Shown here piece after piece: positions 40,471 to 50,614 of a DNA stretch of 64,000 nucleotides. The position numbers and the translations under genes were made by a program. This DNA comes from Nostoc sp. GTDB taxonomy: Bacteria > Cyanobacteriota > Cyanobacteriia > Cyanobacteriales > Nostocaceae. The DNA is taken from NCBI GenBank assembly GCA_036918135.1, contig JBALDB010000009.1, positions 64,001 through 128,000 on the forward strand. Direction: 5' to 3'. The notes below the pieces were generated by a model. That model did not search any database. It had not been told where the DNA came from and saw only the letters and a program-made list of their open reading frames with translations. Within the stretch, counting starts at the first letter, position 1; every line of letters starts with the position of its first letter.

Positions 40471-41403
40471 ATGATTTTTTTTAATAAAGACGAACAACTC
40501 GAAAATCTTGGGTTAGGCATTTTAGACGCGACTTGGGGAGCATTTCCCAGTTTAGCTCGCAACCAAATTGCCTTGACTTGGGTTGTTTACGACCCACCTG
40601 TACCAGTAAATACTGGTGGTGCGCTGACTCCCGACGCTTTTTGGAATCACCCAGTTCGCGGTTTTTCTTATCGGGGTGTTGAGCGGATTTACCCTGCAAG
40701 TATAGTCAAGTTATTTTACTTGGTGGCAGTAAATGAATGGCTCGAAAAAGGTATGAGCCAAACTTCTAAGGAATTGGATCGAGCCTTGCGCGATATGATT
40801 GTAGATTCTAGTAATGATGCCACCAGCTTGGTTGTGGACATTCTCACTGGCACTACCTCAGGCCCAGAACTAGCATCAGCCCCTTTTGAAACCTGGAAAT
40901 ATCAACGTAATATCGTCAACCGCTATTACCAATCCTTGGGATGGCAAGAAATAGAGACGATTAACGTCTGTCAAAAAACTTGGGGTGATGGCCCCTATGG
41001 ACGCGAACGGGCGTTTGTAGGAGAGTTACTAGAAAACCGTAATATGTTGACCACAAATGCGATCGCCAGATTACTGCATAGTATTGTCGGTGGGGTAGCA
41101 GTTTCCAGTGCGCGATCGCAAGCAATGATGGCTTTGCTCAAACGTAGCCTTAAAGATTTGTCCACTGACACCGAAGAAAATCAAATAACAGGTTTTTTAG
41201 GGGGTGGACTGACTCAAGATGCCCAAATTTGGTCAAAGGCAGGTTGGACAAGTCAAGTTCGCCATGATGTCGCGTATATTGAATTACCAAACCAGCGTCC
41301 CTACATTTTAGTAGTATTTACTGAAGGCAAAGCCCAAGCTAAGAACCGCGATATTTTGCCCTTCATTTCTAAACTAGTTGCACAAGCAATTAGTAATCTA
41401 TAA
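40471..41403 (+). CDS. Class A beta-lactamase-like serine hydrolase (PBP-A type)
   Basis: YPASIVK (SxxK), SSNDAT (SxN), SKAGW (KxG). Confidence 0.9.
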   Translation: MIFFNKDEQLENLGLGILDATWGAFPSLARNQIALTWVVYDPPVPVNTGGALTPDAFWNHPVRGFSYRGVERIYPASIVKLFYLVAVNEWLEKGMSQTSKELDRALRDMIVDSSNDATSLVVDILTGTTSGPELASAPFETWKYQRNIVNRYYQSLGWQEIETINVCQKTWGDGPYGRERAFVGELLENRNMLTTNAIARLLHSIVGGVAVSSARSQAMMALLKRSLKDLSTDTEENQITGFLGGGLTQDAQIWSKAGWTSQVRHDVAYIELPNQRPYILVVFTEGKAQAKNRDILPFISKLVAQAISNL

Positions 41404-41490
41404 AAGTGACTGGGAATTGGGGATTGGTTATTCCCTTGTGCTTTTGTTTTTTGTTTTCTTATTCCCATTCCCTAACCCTAATTAGAAATT

Positions 41491-42048
41491 TCATTTTTTA
41501 GTTTTAATATGTCTGTAGATAGATGCAATATTACGGGCATCGTCAATGCCACGATGATGTGTGCCTTTTAATTCTATTCCCAACTGATTGAGAGCTTGCG
41601 CCATACCAAATTTTTTAGACACGCCAAGGTATTTAGAAAATTCCTCTTTGATATTTATGTGTTCTGAACTAAAAGGATAAGGAAAATGATGAAACGCACA
41701 ATCTTGAATAAATTGCTTTTTGTCGTAATTACCCCAAGAACAAAAAATATGATTGGGAAATAAATTAATCCATTCTTGAAAGCGAGAAATTGCTTCTAGA
41801 AATTTTGGTGCTTCATCAACATCTTGCTGCCGAATAGTAGTTAATTCTGTACAAAAAACTGTCAGTTGCGGATGTCTGGTAGGTTGGATAAATTGCTGAA
41901 ACTCCGAATCAATTTCCCACGTTGTCCGATTGAGCATCACTGCACCGATTTCGATAATTTCCATTTCCTGACTGGAAATAGTTCCATTGTCAGAGCATGT
42001 AGCCTCTAAATCAACTATCAAATAATAGTGGTGTTTTTGAGCTTTCAT
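41491..42048 (-). CDS. DEDDh 3'-5' exonuclease (ERI-1/KapD-like)
   Basis: IVDLEATC, EIIEIGAV, SWGNYD, HHRGIDDARN. Confidence 0.92.
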   Translation of the reverse strand: MKAQKHHYYLIVDLEATCSDNGTISSQEMEIIEIGAVMLNRTTWEIDSEFQQFIQPTRHPQLTVFCTELTTIRQQDVDEAPKFLEAISRFQEWINLFPNHIFCSWGNYDKKQFIQDCAFHHFPYPFSSEHINIKEEFSKYLGVSKKFGMAQALNQLGIELKGTHHRGIDDARNIASIYRHIKTKK

Positions 42049-42173
42049 ATTAGATAATAAAAAACATTAATTAAGTATTAATAAATATTTCTACTAAATT
42101 TGGGCTTTAAATAGTTGTAACCTTATGTATTTATTATAATACAAAAATAGAACGCTTACAGTTTTTTCATCTA

Positions 42174-42253
42174 TAGCAGGAGGCAGGAGGTAAAACATTA
42201 CTATTCCTGACATGTAGGCTTTCAAGATGTCCTAACCTTTAATTCGCTTGCTA
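42174..42253 (-). mobile_element. MITE family C copy (inverted)
   Basis: Reverse complement of 12514-12614 with fewer CCTCCTG units; TA flanks. Confidence 0.8.
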
Positions 42254-42300
42254 TATTTGAAGCACAATTACCTGTAGAGTAGCACTGCTGTGTATCCTAT

Positions 42301-42762
42301 TTAGCTTGATGGAAAAGGTTTAACCCAATTCAGTTGCATAGCGATATCAAGAGCGATCGCTGCTATTCCAAACCACAATATACTTTCTGCTGCCAATACT
42401 AAAAAAGGCCAAATCGTACTATGAGAATTCCACCCTAGTTCTATTTGGGTTAATCCGCGCACCAAGCCAAAAGCCAGCACACCACCGGCTTTGAGTTGAG
42501 GATTTTTATCTGAGCGGATAATATAGCGGTAAGTGACACCAAACAATAAACCAGTAAAAGTTGCAACAACAGCACTTACCCAAAAGTGCCAATTAACATC
42601 ACTTTGCAGACTTTGGAGTATCTGAAAATACTTTGCCAGTACTAAAGTATTTAAAAGATTAGCGATCGCAAAACTAGAAAACAGAAAAAAACCTCCAATC
42701 ATCCCAGCCTTGAGAGATTCTAGGCGTTCTGCCATTAATTGAGGATTTGAAATTATATTCAC
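42301..42762 (-). CDS. Conserved membrane protein of oxygenic phototrophs
   Basis: ERLESLKAG, LFGVTYRYIIRSD.NPQLKAGGVLAFGLVRGL. Confidence 0.8.
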   Translation of the reverse strand: MNIISNPQLMAERLESLKAGMIGGFFLFSSFAIANLLNTLVLAKYFQILQSLQSDVNWHFWVSAVVATFTGLLFGVTYRYIIRSDKNPQLKAGGVLAFGLVRGLTQIELGWNSHSTIWPFLVLAAESILWFGIAAIALDIAMQLNWVKPFPSS

Positions 42763-42837
42763 TATGTATAGAAATTAGAAATTGGTGATTGCCCAGTATG
42801 ATGTAGCGTATTGGAATTTTATAATTAAATGCTGCTT

Positions 42838-44097
42838 TCATGTAGGAATTTTGATGATAAACTCAGTTCCCATACCTGGTTGAGAATTCACATCTAATAC
42901 ACCTTTGTGTTTCTCGACAATTATTTGATAGGCGATGGATAAGCCTAGTCCAGTGCCTTTCCCAACGGCTTTTGTGGTAAACAATGGTTCAAACAAGTGT
43001 TTTTTAACCCGTTCGGGAACACCCATTCCATTGTCAGCAATCCGAATTACAGCCAATTGTTCAGAATCTATTTCTGTTGCAATCTGAATCTGGGGTTTAT
43101 TGCTCATTTCGCCTTGGATAATAGCTTCTTCAAGGGCATCAATTGCGTTTGCCAGAATGTTCATAAATACTTGATTCATCTCCCCGACATAGCAATTTAT
43201 CAGTGGTAATGTTCCATAACTTTTAATAACTTCAATAGCAGGGCGATCGCCATTAGCCTTGAGGCGGTGTTGTAAAATCATCAATGTACTATCCAGTCCT
43301 AGATGCAAATTTGCAAGGATTTTTTCATCACTATCAGAGCGAGAGAAGCTACGGAGTGAATTGGATAGCTTTTGAATTCGTTCCGATCCTATCTGAAATG
43401 AACTTAAGATTTTTGCCAAATCTTCGAGAACGAATTTCAGATCCAATTCTTCGATCGCAGTAGTGATTTTAGCTGTTGGGTTGGGATACTCTTGTTCATA
43501 CAGTAGGAGAAGCTTGGTAATTCCGGCAATATAATCGTTTAAAGGTGGAATATTGTTGGAAATAAAGCTAATGGGATTGTTCATTTCGTGGGCAATACCA
43601 GCGATTAACTCTCCCAGTGTTGATAGTTTCTCTTGCTGCATTAGTTTGACTTTGGCTTGTTGCAAAGCCTTGGTGCGATCGCTGACTTGTTGTTCCAAAG
43701 ATTGAGTAAATTGTTTGAGTTGTAAATGCACGCGCACTCTAGCAATCACTTCCTCTTGGGCAAACGGTTTGGGGATATAGTCTACTGCACCCAGGGAAAA
43801 TCCCTTAGTTTTGCTGTCGGTATCTGCTAAGGCTGTAGTAAAAATAATCGGAATGTTTTGGGTAACAGGATTGGCTTTCAGGCGACGACAAGTTTCAAAT
43901 CCATCAATACCCGGCATTTGTACATCCAGCAAAATTAACTCTGGTTGATTGCGTTCAACTTGAGCGATCGCACTTTCTCCATCCATTGCAACACGGAAAC
44001 GCAAACCCTCACTATTGAGGGCTTCACACAGGACAGATAAATTTGTTGGATTATCATCCACAATCAAAATAAATCCAGTATTTTGGTTCTTGTTCAT
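42838..44097 (-). CDS. Receiver-histidine kinase hybrid
   Basis: ILIVDDN, LLDVQMPGIDG, DYIPKPF; AGIAHEMNNP; FTTKAVGKGTGLGL. Confidence 0.95.
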   Translation of the reverse strand: MNKNQNTGFILIVDDNPTNLSVLCEALNSEGLRFRVAMDGESAIAQVERNQPELILLDVQMPGIDGFETCRRLKANPVTQNIPIIFTTALADTDSKTKGFSLGAVDYIPKPFAQEEVIARVRVHLQLKQFTQSLEQQVSDRTKALQQAKVKLMQQEKLSTLGELIAGIAHEMNNPISFISNNIPPLNDYIAGITKLLLLYEQEYPNPTAKITTAIEELDLKFVLEDLAKILSSFQIGSERIQKLSNSLRSFSRSDSDEKILANLHLGLDSTLMILQHRLKANGDRPAIEVIKSYGTLPLINCYVGEMNQVFMNILANAIDALEEAIIQGEMSNKPQIQIATEIDSEQLAVIRIADNGMGVPERVKKHLFEPLFTTKAVGKGTGLGLSIAYQIIVEKHKGVLDVNSQPGMGTEFIIKIPT

Positions 44098-44127
44098 GAT
44101 GGATTAGAAAGTAAAATTCAATTCTAA

Positions 44128-46014
44128 TTAATTGATACATTGTTCGATAAAAATTGCCAAACGTTTGAGTTGGAAATTACTAGCAAGTTGGACAATTTGC
44201 TGAGTAAAAGCGCCCAGATGTCTATCAGATACAGAAAGTTCTTCAACCAGTTCGATAATTTTTTGAATATCGCCGTCTTGTGCGAGTTCGAGTAACTGTT
44301 GTAAAACCTCCTTGGGAGGATAAATTATTTCATTTGGTTGCTCCAAACTATCTATCTGATTTTTTTTGTTTGTGTCTACTTGAGCGTCAAAAATCCATTC
44401 TAGTTGTAAAAATTGTCGTAGCATTTCTAGTAATGTTTCTGCTTCTACAGGTTTTGGTAGAAATGCATTTGCACCGACATCAATACTCTTGTGCTGGTCG
44501 GCTGCAAACACACTGGCTGACGAAGCGATAACAGCAATCTTTTGAAATTGCTCCGAGTAGCGCAAACGATTAATTAACTCAAATCCATCCAATATCGGCA
44601 TTACTAGGTCAGTGATAATCAAATCTGGTTTGTGCGCTAGAGCCTGTTCCCATGCTTGGTAACCCTGACTAGCTTCTACAACAGTAAAGCCAACTGGCTC
44701 TAGTAAGTTTACAATTACTGCTCGGTTTTCCCATTTGTCATCTGCAATTAAAATCGTGCGCCTTTGTCCTTGATAACCAATAATTGTTCCTTGCTCAACT
44801 ACTCTAGAAATCTTTGCCCAGTCTTTAGATTCTGGGAATTTTGCCTCAAACCAGAAAGTACTACCTTTGCCTAAAGTGCTTTGCACTTGAATTTGACCAC
44901 CCATCAACAAAACAATTTTTTGACTAATTGCTAATCCCAAGCCTGTACCTTCAGATTGTCGTTTCTGATTTCCCACTTGCTCAAAGGGCTGGAAGATTTT
45001 CTCGGCTTGTTCGAGATTTATACCCGTACCGGTATCTAATACCTCAAAACGAATTTTGTAGTTAGTCTGTTCATTAGCATTTGCTTCTTCACCAGTAACC
45101 TGAACTTTGAAGGTGACACTGCCTTTTTCGGTAAATTTAATTGCATTACCAAGCAAGTTAATCAGTACTTGCCGCAAGCGTTTTTCATCAGCATAAATGC
45201 CTGTTGGTAAGTCAGGATCGAGTTCGACGTGAAAACTGATGACCTTTTGTTCTGCACGGATGCGGCAAATTTCAGTCACGCTATCGATAAAGGCAGGCAA
45301 GTAAAAATCAACAGGATACAATTCGAGTCTGCGAGCTTCGATTTTGGAGAGGTCGAGAACATCATTAATCAAGGTTAAAAGATGGGAACCACATTGATAA
45401 ATGATGCTGACTCCTTTGCGTCCTTTCTCACTCAAAGACTCTGTGCGTTGGAGGATTTGTGTATAGCCCAGGATGCCATTCAGGGGTGTACGTAGTTCAT
45501 GACTCATATTGGCCAAAAATTCACTCTTGGCTTGGCTGGAATTTTGAGCGACTTCTTCGGCTTGGCGTAGTTCTATCTCGATGCGTTTGCGTTCTACAAT
45601 TTCACACGAAAGCGCTCGATTGATAGCTTCTAACTGGGCTGGACTCGGTAGCATCAGAGCTTGAGGCATCAGAGAAATTAACGCAAATGCCGTGTATATC
45701 GAAATAATTGCGGTTAGAGCTTTTAAACTACCTGCAATCCAATAGTCTGGATGCCAGAGCGTCCAAATATCCATTAAATGTCCAGTACCGCAGGCAATGA
45801 TAAATGCACCAAATAATAGAAATACTCCATTAAAAGGAACGTCTTGGCGCTTGGAAATAAAGTAAATTAATAGAAAAGGAATAGAATAGTAGGCAAAAGC
45901 GATCGTCGCATCAGAAATAATATGCAGCCAAACTAATCCAGTTTTCCAGAGATAACAATGTCCGTGGGGAATAAAACCGTCAGAGTGGAAAGCGTAGTTG
46001 AAAAATGTCGGCAT
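44128..46014 (-). CDS. Ethylene-receptor-type hybrid histidine kinase (EBD-HisKA-HATPase-REC)
   Basis: ISDATIAFAYYSIP and FGAFIIACGTGHL match the ETR1 ethylene-binding helices; FLANMSHELRTPLN; LIITDLVMP. Confidence 0.88.
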   Translation of the reverse strand: MPTFFNYAFHSDGFIPHGHCYLWKTGLVWLHIISDATIAFAYYSIPFLLIYFISKRQDVPFNGVFLLFGAFIIACGTGHLMDIWTLWHPDYWIAGSLKALTAIISIYTAFALISLMPQALMLPSPAQLEAINRALSCEIVERKRIEIELRQAEEVAQNSSQAKSEFLANMSHELRTPLNGILGYTQILQRTESLSEKGRKGVSIIYQCGSHLLTLINDVLDLSKIEARRLELYPVDFYLPAFIDSVTEICRIRAEQKVISFHVELDPDLPTGIYADEKRLRQVLINLLGNAIKFTEKGSVTFKVQVTGEEANANEQTNYKIRFEVLDTGTGINLEQAEKIFQPFEQVGNQKRQSEGTGLGLAISQKIVLLMGGQIQVQSTLGKGSTFWFEAKFPESKDWAKISRVVEQGTIIGYQGQRRTILIADDKWENRAVIVNLLEPVGFTVVEASQGYQAWEQALAHKPDLIITDLVMPILDGFELINRLRYSEQFQKIAVIASSASVFAADQHKSIDVGANAFLPKPVEAETLLEMLRQFLQLEWIFDAQVDTNKKNQIDSLEQPNEIIYPPKEVLQQLLELAQDGDIQKIIELVEELSVSDRHLGAFTQQIVQLASNFQLKRLAIFIEQCIN

Positions 46015-46272
46015 TGATACTAAAGGTTGGGGAATTTGAAATATACACTTATAACCCAGTATTCCCAAACCAGCAAGCCGAAAAGTGCGATCGCTATTAT
46101 TTTTACCTTATTTTTTATAATTACTTAAAGTAGTAGCGTATCAATAAAAGCTCGTAGATTGTTTGCACTCGTTCACAAAACTTACAATATGATTGCTAAA
46201 AAAGTCTTAGCCTGCCCTTTCCCAGTATGATAAACATTAGAAACCTTTTGTAATTTTTTGAAAAGCGGGACT

Positions 46273-46362
46273 ATGGAAATTTTGACACTGGGCTGGGTAT
46301 CGCTGCTAGTCGTGTTCACTTGGTCAATTGCAATGGTAGTTTGGGGACGTAACGGACTATAG
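46273..46362 (+). CDS. petN: Cytochrome b6f subunit VIII
   Basis: [29 protein letters not shown] (29 aa, below the ORF-track cutoff). Confidence 0.97.
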   Translation: MEILTLGWVSLLVVFTWSIAMVVWGRNGL

Positions 46363-46366
46363 AGGT

Positions 46367-46531
46367 ATGGTAGAAAGTCCATTCCTGAGTATTTTGGCTT
46401 TAGTTGCTATAGTGCTGCTGGTAGCGGTGACTGGTGGCATAGGCTATTTGACCTTGGCGGATTGGCGCGATCGCCGTCGTCGAGATGAAGAAAAACGTAC
46501 CACTCGCACCACCACTCCCAAGCGGCGATAA
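46367..46531 (+). CDS. 54-aa single-TM protein downstream of petN
   Basis: MVESPFLSILALVAIVLLVAVTGGIGYLTLADWRDRRRRDEEKRTTRTTTPKRR; GAGG RBS directly after the petN stop. Confidence 0.75.
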   Translation: MVESPFLSILALVAIVLLVAVTGGIGYLTLADWRDRRRRDEEKRTTRTTTPKRR

Positions 46532-46557
46532 TTCCTTCGTGGCTGAAAAATATTTTT

Positions 46558-46588
46558 GTAGGGATACGATATTATCGTGTCCCTACAT
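46558..46588. repeat. REP-like hairpin / terminator
   Basis: GTAGGGATACGAT-ATT-ATCGTGTCCCTAC followed by a T-run. Confidence 0.7.
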
Positions 46589-46684
46589 TTTTTATGCAGC
46601 ATTCAAAGTAGATAATTGTTACCTTGGCAATAATTAAGGGAATTATGAGATGAACAACTTTTATGATTTAAAATTCCGCAGGGA

Positions 46685-49600
46685 ATGGAAAACTCCTTTA
46701 TTATTCAACCCATTGAACCAAATTCACAACAGCAAGAATCTGATTGTGATGTAACATTCTCCTCGCGTCAGAACGAGCAACAAAAAGCTTTGTCTGGAGT
46801 TATTGCCCGAATTCGTGAATCTTTAGATATAAACGCCATTTTTAAAATTACGGTTACTGAAGTCCGCCAGCTTTTGAAAAGCGATCGGGTCGGTGTGTTT
46901 CGTTTTTATCCTGATTTGGCGTGGGAAGGAGAATTTATCTATGAAGATGTGGGAATAAAATGGAGTTCGGCACTAACAGCCAAAATACGGGATCACTGCT
47001 TTGCCGAAGAGTTTGCGGAATTATATCAGCAAGGTCGAATTAAAGCAACAGTTGATATTTATCAAGCTAGTGCCAGTGATTGCTACATCCAGATTTTAGA
47101 AAGATTTCAAGTACGTGCCAATATAGTTGCTCCTTTGATTAAAGGTAAGGATTTATGGGGATTGTTGTGTATTCATCAGTGTAATAGTCCTCGGCAATGG
47201 GAAGCATCAGAAATTGAGTTTGTGCAACAGATTGCGGAACATCTAGGAGTAGCTCTACAGCAAGCAGATTACCTAGAGCAAGTGAAACTACAATCGGCAC
47301 AACTAGCACAAGCAAAAGCTAAAGAAAAAGCAGCAGAATGGCAAAGAACTATAGCCATAACCATTGAGAAAATTCGTCAGTCCCTAGATTTGGAGAGCAT
47401 TTTCCGCACCAGCACCGCAGAACTGAGGCAGCTGCTAAATGCTGACCGCGTGGGTATCTATCGCTTTAATCCAGATTGGAGCGGTGAATTTGTGTTTGAA
47501 TCAGTGGCAGAGGGTTGGATTTCGCTGATAGATGAGCAATTCCGACGGCCAGAATTAAGCGAAAATATCAGCGAATGTAGCGCTAGAGATTTAGGTAAAC
47601 CTCCAGTTGCAGATACTTACTTACAAGAAACAGCAGGTGGTCGTTTCAGCAGAAGCAAAGTATACCGTATTTGTAATGATATTTATAATGCAGGTTTTAG
47701 CGACTGCTACATTAAAATTTTAGAGATCTACCAAGCAAGAGCTTATGCGATCATTGCTATTTACCACGGTCAAAAGCTTTGGGGCTTACTAGCAGTTTAC
47801 CAAAACGCTAGTAGCCGTGATTGGCAAGAAGATGAGGTCTACTTGCTCACCCAAGTTAGTACCCAGCTAGGTGTAGCTTTGCAGCAAGCAGAATTTTTAC
47901 AACAAATGCAACTCCAAGCAGCACAGCTCGGCAAAGCTGCTGAAAGGCAAAGAGCTTTAGCGAATACTGTTGAAAAAATTCGTCAGTCACTTGACATTGA
48001 GGCTATTTTTAAAACTACTACTCAAGAAGTCCGACGGCTATTAGAAGTAGAAAGAGTGGCAATTTATCGGTTTTATCCTGACTGGAGTGGTGAATTTGTC
48101 GCTGATTCGATTGTTGATGGCTGGACGCCAGTGGTTAAGCCGCAGCCTGTGACGGAAACTGTTCTCGTGCAAGGAACACAAGCAGGTAAGTATGCACGTC
48201 ATGAAGTTTTTGTACCTATTTCTCAGGGCGAGAAGCTTTGGGGATTGCTAGTAGCTTATCAAAACTCCCAACCGCGTTATTGGCAAGATGAAGAAGTCAA
48301 CTTGCTGGCACAAGTTGGGGTTCAATTGGGGGTAGCATTACAGCAAGCTGAATCTTTGAGACAAGTGCAGGCGCAAGCCCAGAAATTGGCTAAAGCCACT
48401 GAAAGGGAGAAGGCCTTAGCCGCAACTGTGGAGAAAATTCGCCAATCTCTTGATATTGATACGATTTTTGCTACCAGTACAGAAGAAGTCCGACAGCTAT
48501 TAGAAGTTGATAGAGTGACAATCTATCGATTCCAAGCTGATTGGAGTGGCGAATTTGTCGCTGAGTCTTTAGCCCAAGACTGGATACCAGTTAAAGAACT
48601 TGTAGGTGCAATCGCAGATGATGACTTGCAAAATACCCAAGGCGGAGACTTTGCTGATGGTAAAATTCTTGTCATTAAGGATATTTCCAAGGCTAATTAT
48701 TCTACCTATCATATTCCCCTAATCGAGCTAATTGAGGCTAGGGCATATATGATTGTGCCGATTTTTCAGGGCGAGAAACTCTGGGGATTATTAGCAGCTT
48801 ATCAAAATATTAAACCTCGTGATTGGCAAGAAGATGAAGTAGATTTGCTGATGCAGATTGGTACTCAGTTAGGTGTCGGACTTCAGCAAGCGGAATTACT
48901 CGAACAAACTCAACGTCAAAAAGAAGAACTCGCCCACACTCTCAAAGAATTACGGCAGACTCAAAGCCAGTTGATTCAAAGTGAAAAAATGGCAGGTTTA
49001 GGACAATTAGTTGCTGGTATAGCACATGAAATTAACAATCCAATTAGTTTCATTTACGGCAATATTTCTTATGTTACCGAACATGCCGAAAATTTATTGA
49101 AATTACTGCAACTCTACGATGGGCAGTATCCCGAACTAACAGAGGAAATTCAAAAGCAAGCAGCCGAACTAGATTTAGGTTTTATTGGCGATGACTTACC
49201 AAAAATTCTTACCTCAATGAGAATGGGTGCAGAGCGGATTTCTCAATTGGTGTTGTCCTTGAGAAGTTTTTCTCGACTGGATGAAGCCGAGATGAAACCC
49301 GTTAACTTGCATGAAGGTATTGATAGTACTTTGTTAATTTTACAACATCGACTGCAACCACAGACTAATTCTTTTGCGATAGAAGTAGTTAAAGAATATG
49401 GTGATTTACCTCCAGTAGTTTGTTATGCAGCACAGATGAATCAGGTATTTATGAATATTCTTAATAATGCGATCGATGCTTTGGAATACTCAGTAAATTA
49501 TGGTCAAATAATTGATAATCCTAAAATATGGATTCGGACAAAAGTCCAAGAATGGAATACTATTCTCATTTGCATTGCAGACAATGGTTGTGGTATTCCA

Positions 49601-49792
49601 GAGATGCTGCGATCGCGCATTTTTGAACCTTTCTTTACTACTAAGCAACCTGGTCAAGGTACTGGTTTGGGGCTATCTATTAGCTATCAAATTATTGTAG
49701 AAAAACACGGCGGTAATATTAAGTGTGTTTCTGAACCTGGTAAAGGCTGTGAGTTGTGGATAGAAATTCCTATGGAACGAAGAGTTAGTTAA
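46685..49792 (+). CDS. Multi-GAF cyanobacteriochrome histidine kinase
   Basis: Four GAF units (DRV.IYRF..DWSGEFV.ES ... LWGLL..YQN..PR.W); DHCF in GAF1; AGIAHEINNP; G-boxes. Confidence 0.92.
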   Translation: MENSFIIQPIEPNSQQQESDCDVTFSSRQNEQQKALSGVIARIRESLDINAIFKITVTEVRQLLKSDRVGVFRFYPDLAWEGEFIYEDVGIKWSSALTAKIRDHCFAEEFAELYQQGRIKATVDIYQASASDCYIQILERFQVRANIVAPLIKGKDLWGLLCIHQCNSPRQWEASEIEFVQQIAEHLGVALQQADYLEQVKLQSAQLAQAKAKEKAAEWQRTIAITIEKIRQSLDLESIFRTSTAELRQLLNADRVGIYRFNPDWSGEFVFESVAEGWISLIDEQFRRPELSENISECSARDLGKPPVADTYLQETAGGRFSRSKVYRICNDIYNAGFSDCYIKILEIYQARAYAIIAIYHGQKLWGLLAVYQNASSRDWQEDEVYLLTQVSTQLGVALQQAEFLQQMQLQAAQLGKAAERQRALANTVEKIRQSLDIEAIFKTTTQEVRRLLEVERVAIYRFYPDWSGEFVADSIVDGWTPVVKPQPVTETVLVQGTQAGKYARHEVFVPISQGEKLWGLLVAYQNSQPRYWQDEEVNLLAQVGVQLGVALQQAESLRQVQAQAQKLAKATEREKALAATVEKIRQSLDIDTIFATSTEEVRQLLEVDRVTIYRFQADWSGEFVAESLAQDWIPVKELVGAIADDDLQNTQGGDFADGKILVIKDISKANYSTYHIPLIELIEARAYMIVPIFQGEKLWGLLAAYQNIKPRDWQEDEVDLLMQIGTQLGVGLQQAELLEQTQRQKEELAHTLKELRQTQSQLIQSEKMAGLGQLVAGIAHEINNPISFIYGNISYVTEHAENLLKLLQLYDGQYPELTEEIQKQAAELDLGFIGDDLPKILTSMRMGAERISQLVLSLRSFSRLDEAEMKPVNLHEGIDSTLLILQHRLQPQTNSFAIEVVKEYGDLPPVVCYAAQMNQVFMNILNNAIDALEYSVNYGQIIDNPKIWIRTKVQEWNTILICIADNGCGIPEMLRSRIFEPFFTTKQPGQGTGLGLSISYQIIVEKHGGNIKCVSEPGKGCELWIEIPMERRVS

Positions 49793-50021
49793 TCAAAAAA
49801 AGCGTTAGCATCGGCGTAGCCTCTGTAGAGAAACCCAACTCCGGATCGGCTTGTAAAATACATATCTTATTGCTTATAAGTGCGCTAGCTATGTGGGATG
49901 AGGCTATGCCAACGCCTACACATGGTGGAAATTTGGCTGGCGGTACCTGCGATAAGCTACGCTAACGCACACTCTGAAATAACTGAAGTAATGTTAAAAT
50001 TATATATTTATAAAGGAGAAG

Positions 50022-50480
50022 ATGATGAGCAATCAATCTGTTCCTAAAAGCAGTAATCTATATGCACAAGATTATCAGTTGTGGTTAAAACACACTATTA
50101 ATTTATTAAAAAATAAAAAATTTTTAGAATTAGAGTTAGAAAATTTAATTGAAGAAATTGAAAGCATAGGGAGAAGTGATAAAAATACTTTAAGGAGTAA
50201 TCTTAGAATGCTTTTAATGCACCTCCTCAAATATAAATTTCAACCTCAAAACCGATCCAATAGCTGGTTATATACAATTTATGAACATCGTCAAAGATTA
50301 CAAGAAGCTTTTTTAAATAGTCCTAGCTTAAAATCCTATTACACGGAAGTTTTTGATATCTGTTACCAACACGCTCGAAAAGAAGTATCTATTGAAACAG
50401 GACTTCCCCTGTCTATTTTTCCTCAAGACTATCCTTTTTCTGTTGATGAAACCTTAGATTTTGATTTTTTCCCAAATTAG
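50022..50480 (+). CDS. DUF29-family protein
   Basis: LYAQDYQLWL, NLIEEIESIGRSD, LLMHLLKYKFQP, SPSLK, ETGLP. Confidence 0.92.
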   Translation: MMSNQSVPKSSNLYAQDYQLWLKHTINLLKNKKFLELELENLIEEIESIGRSDKNTLRSNLRMLLMHLLKYKFQPQNRSNSWLYTIYEHRQRLQEAFLNSPSLKSYYTEVFDICYQHARKEVSIETGLPLSIFPQDYPFSVDETLDFDFFPN

Positions 50481-50614
50481 TTATCATTGTCTTTTTTCTG
50501 TTAAACCAAGGAAAATTACTGAGGGATTTTGCCATTAGCCGATATACAATTCCTGATGGTTGACATTAATATTGCCAAAATATAACAAAGAGATAATCTC
50601 AGGAGTTAATCAAA

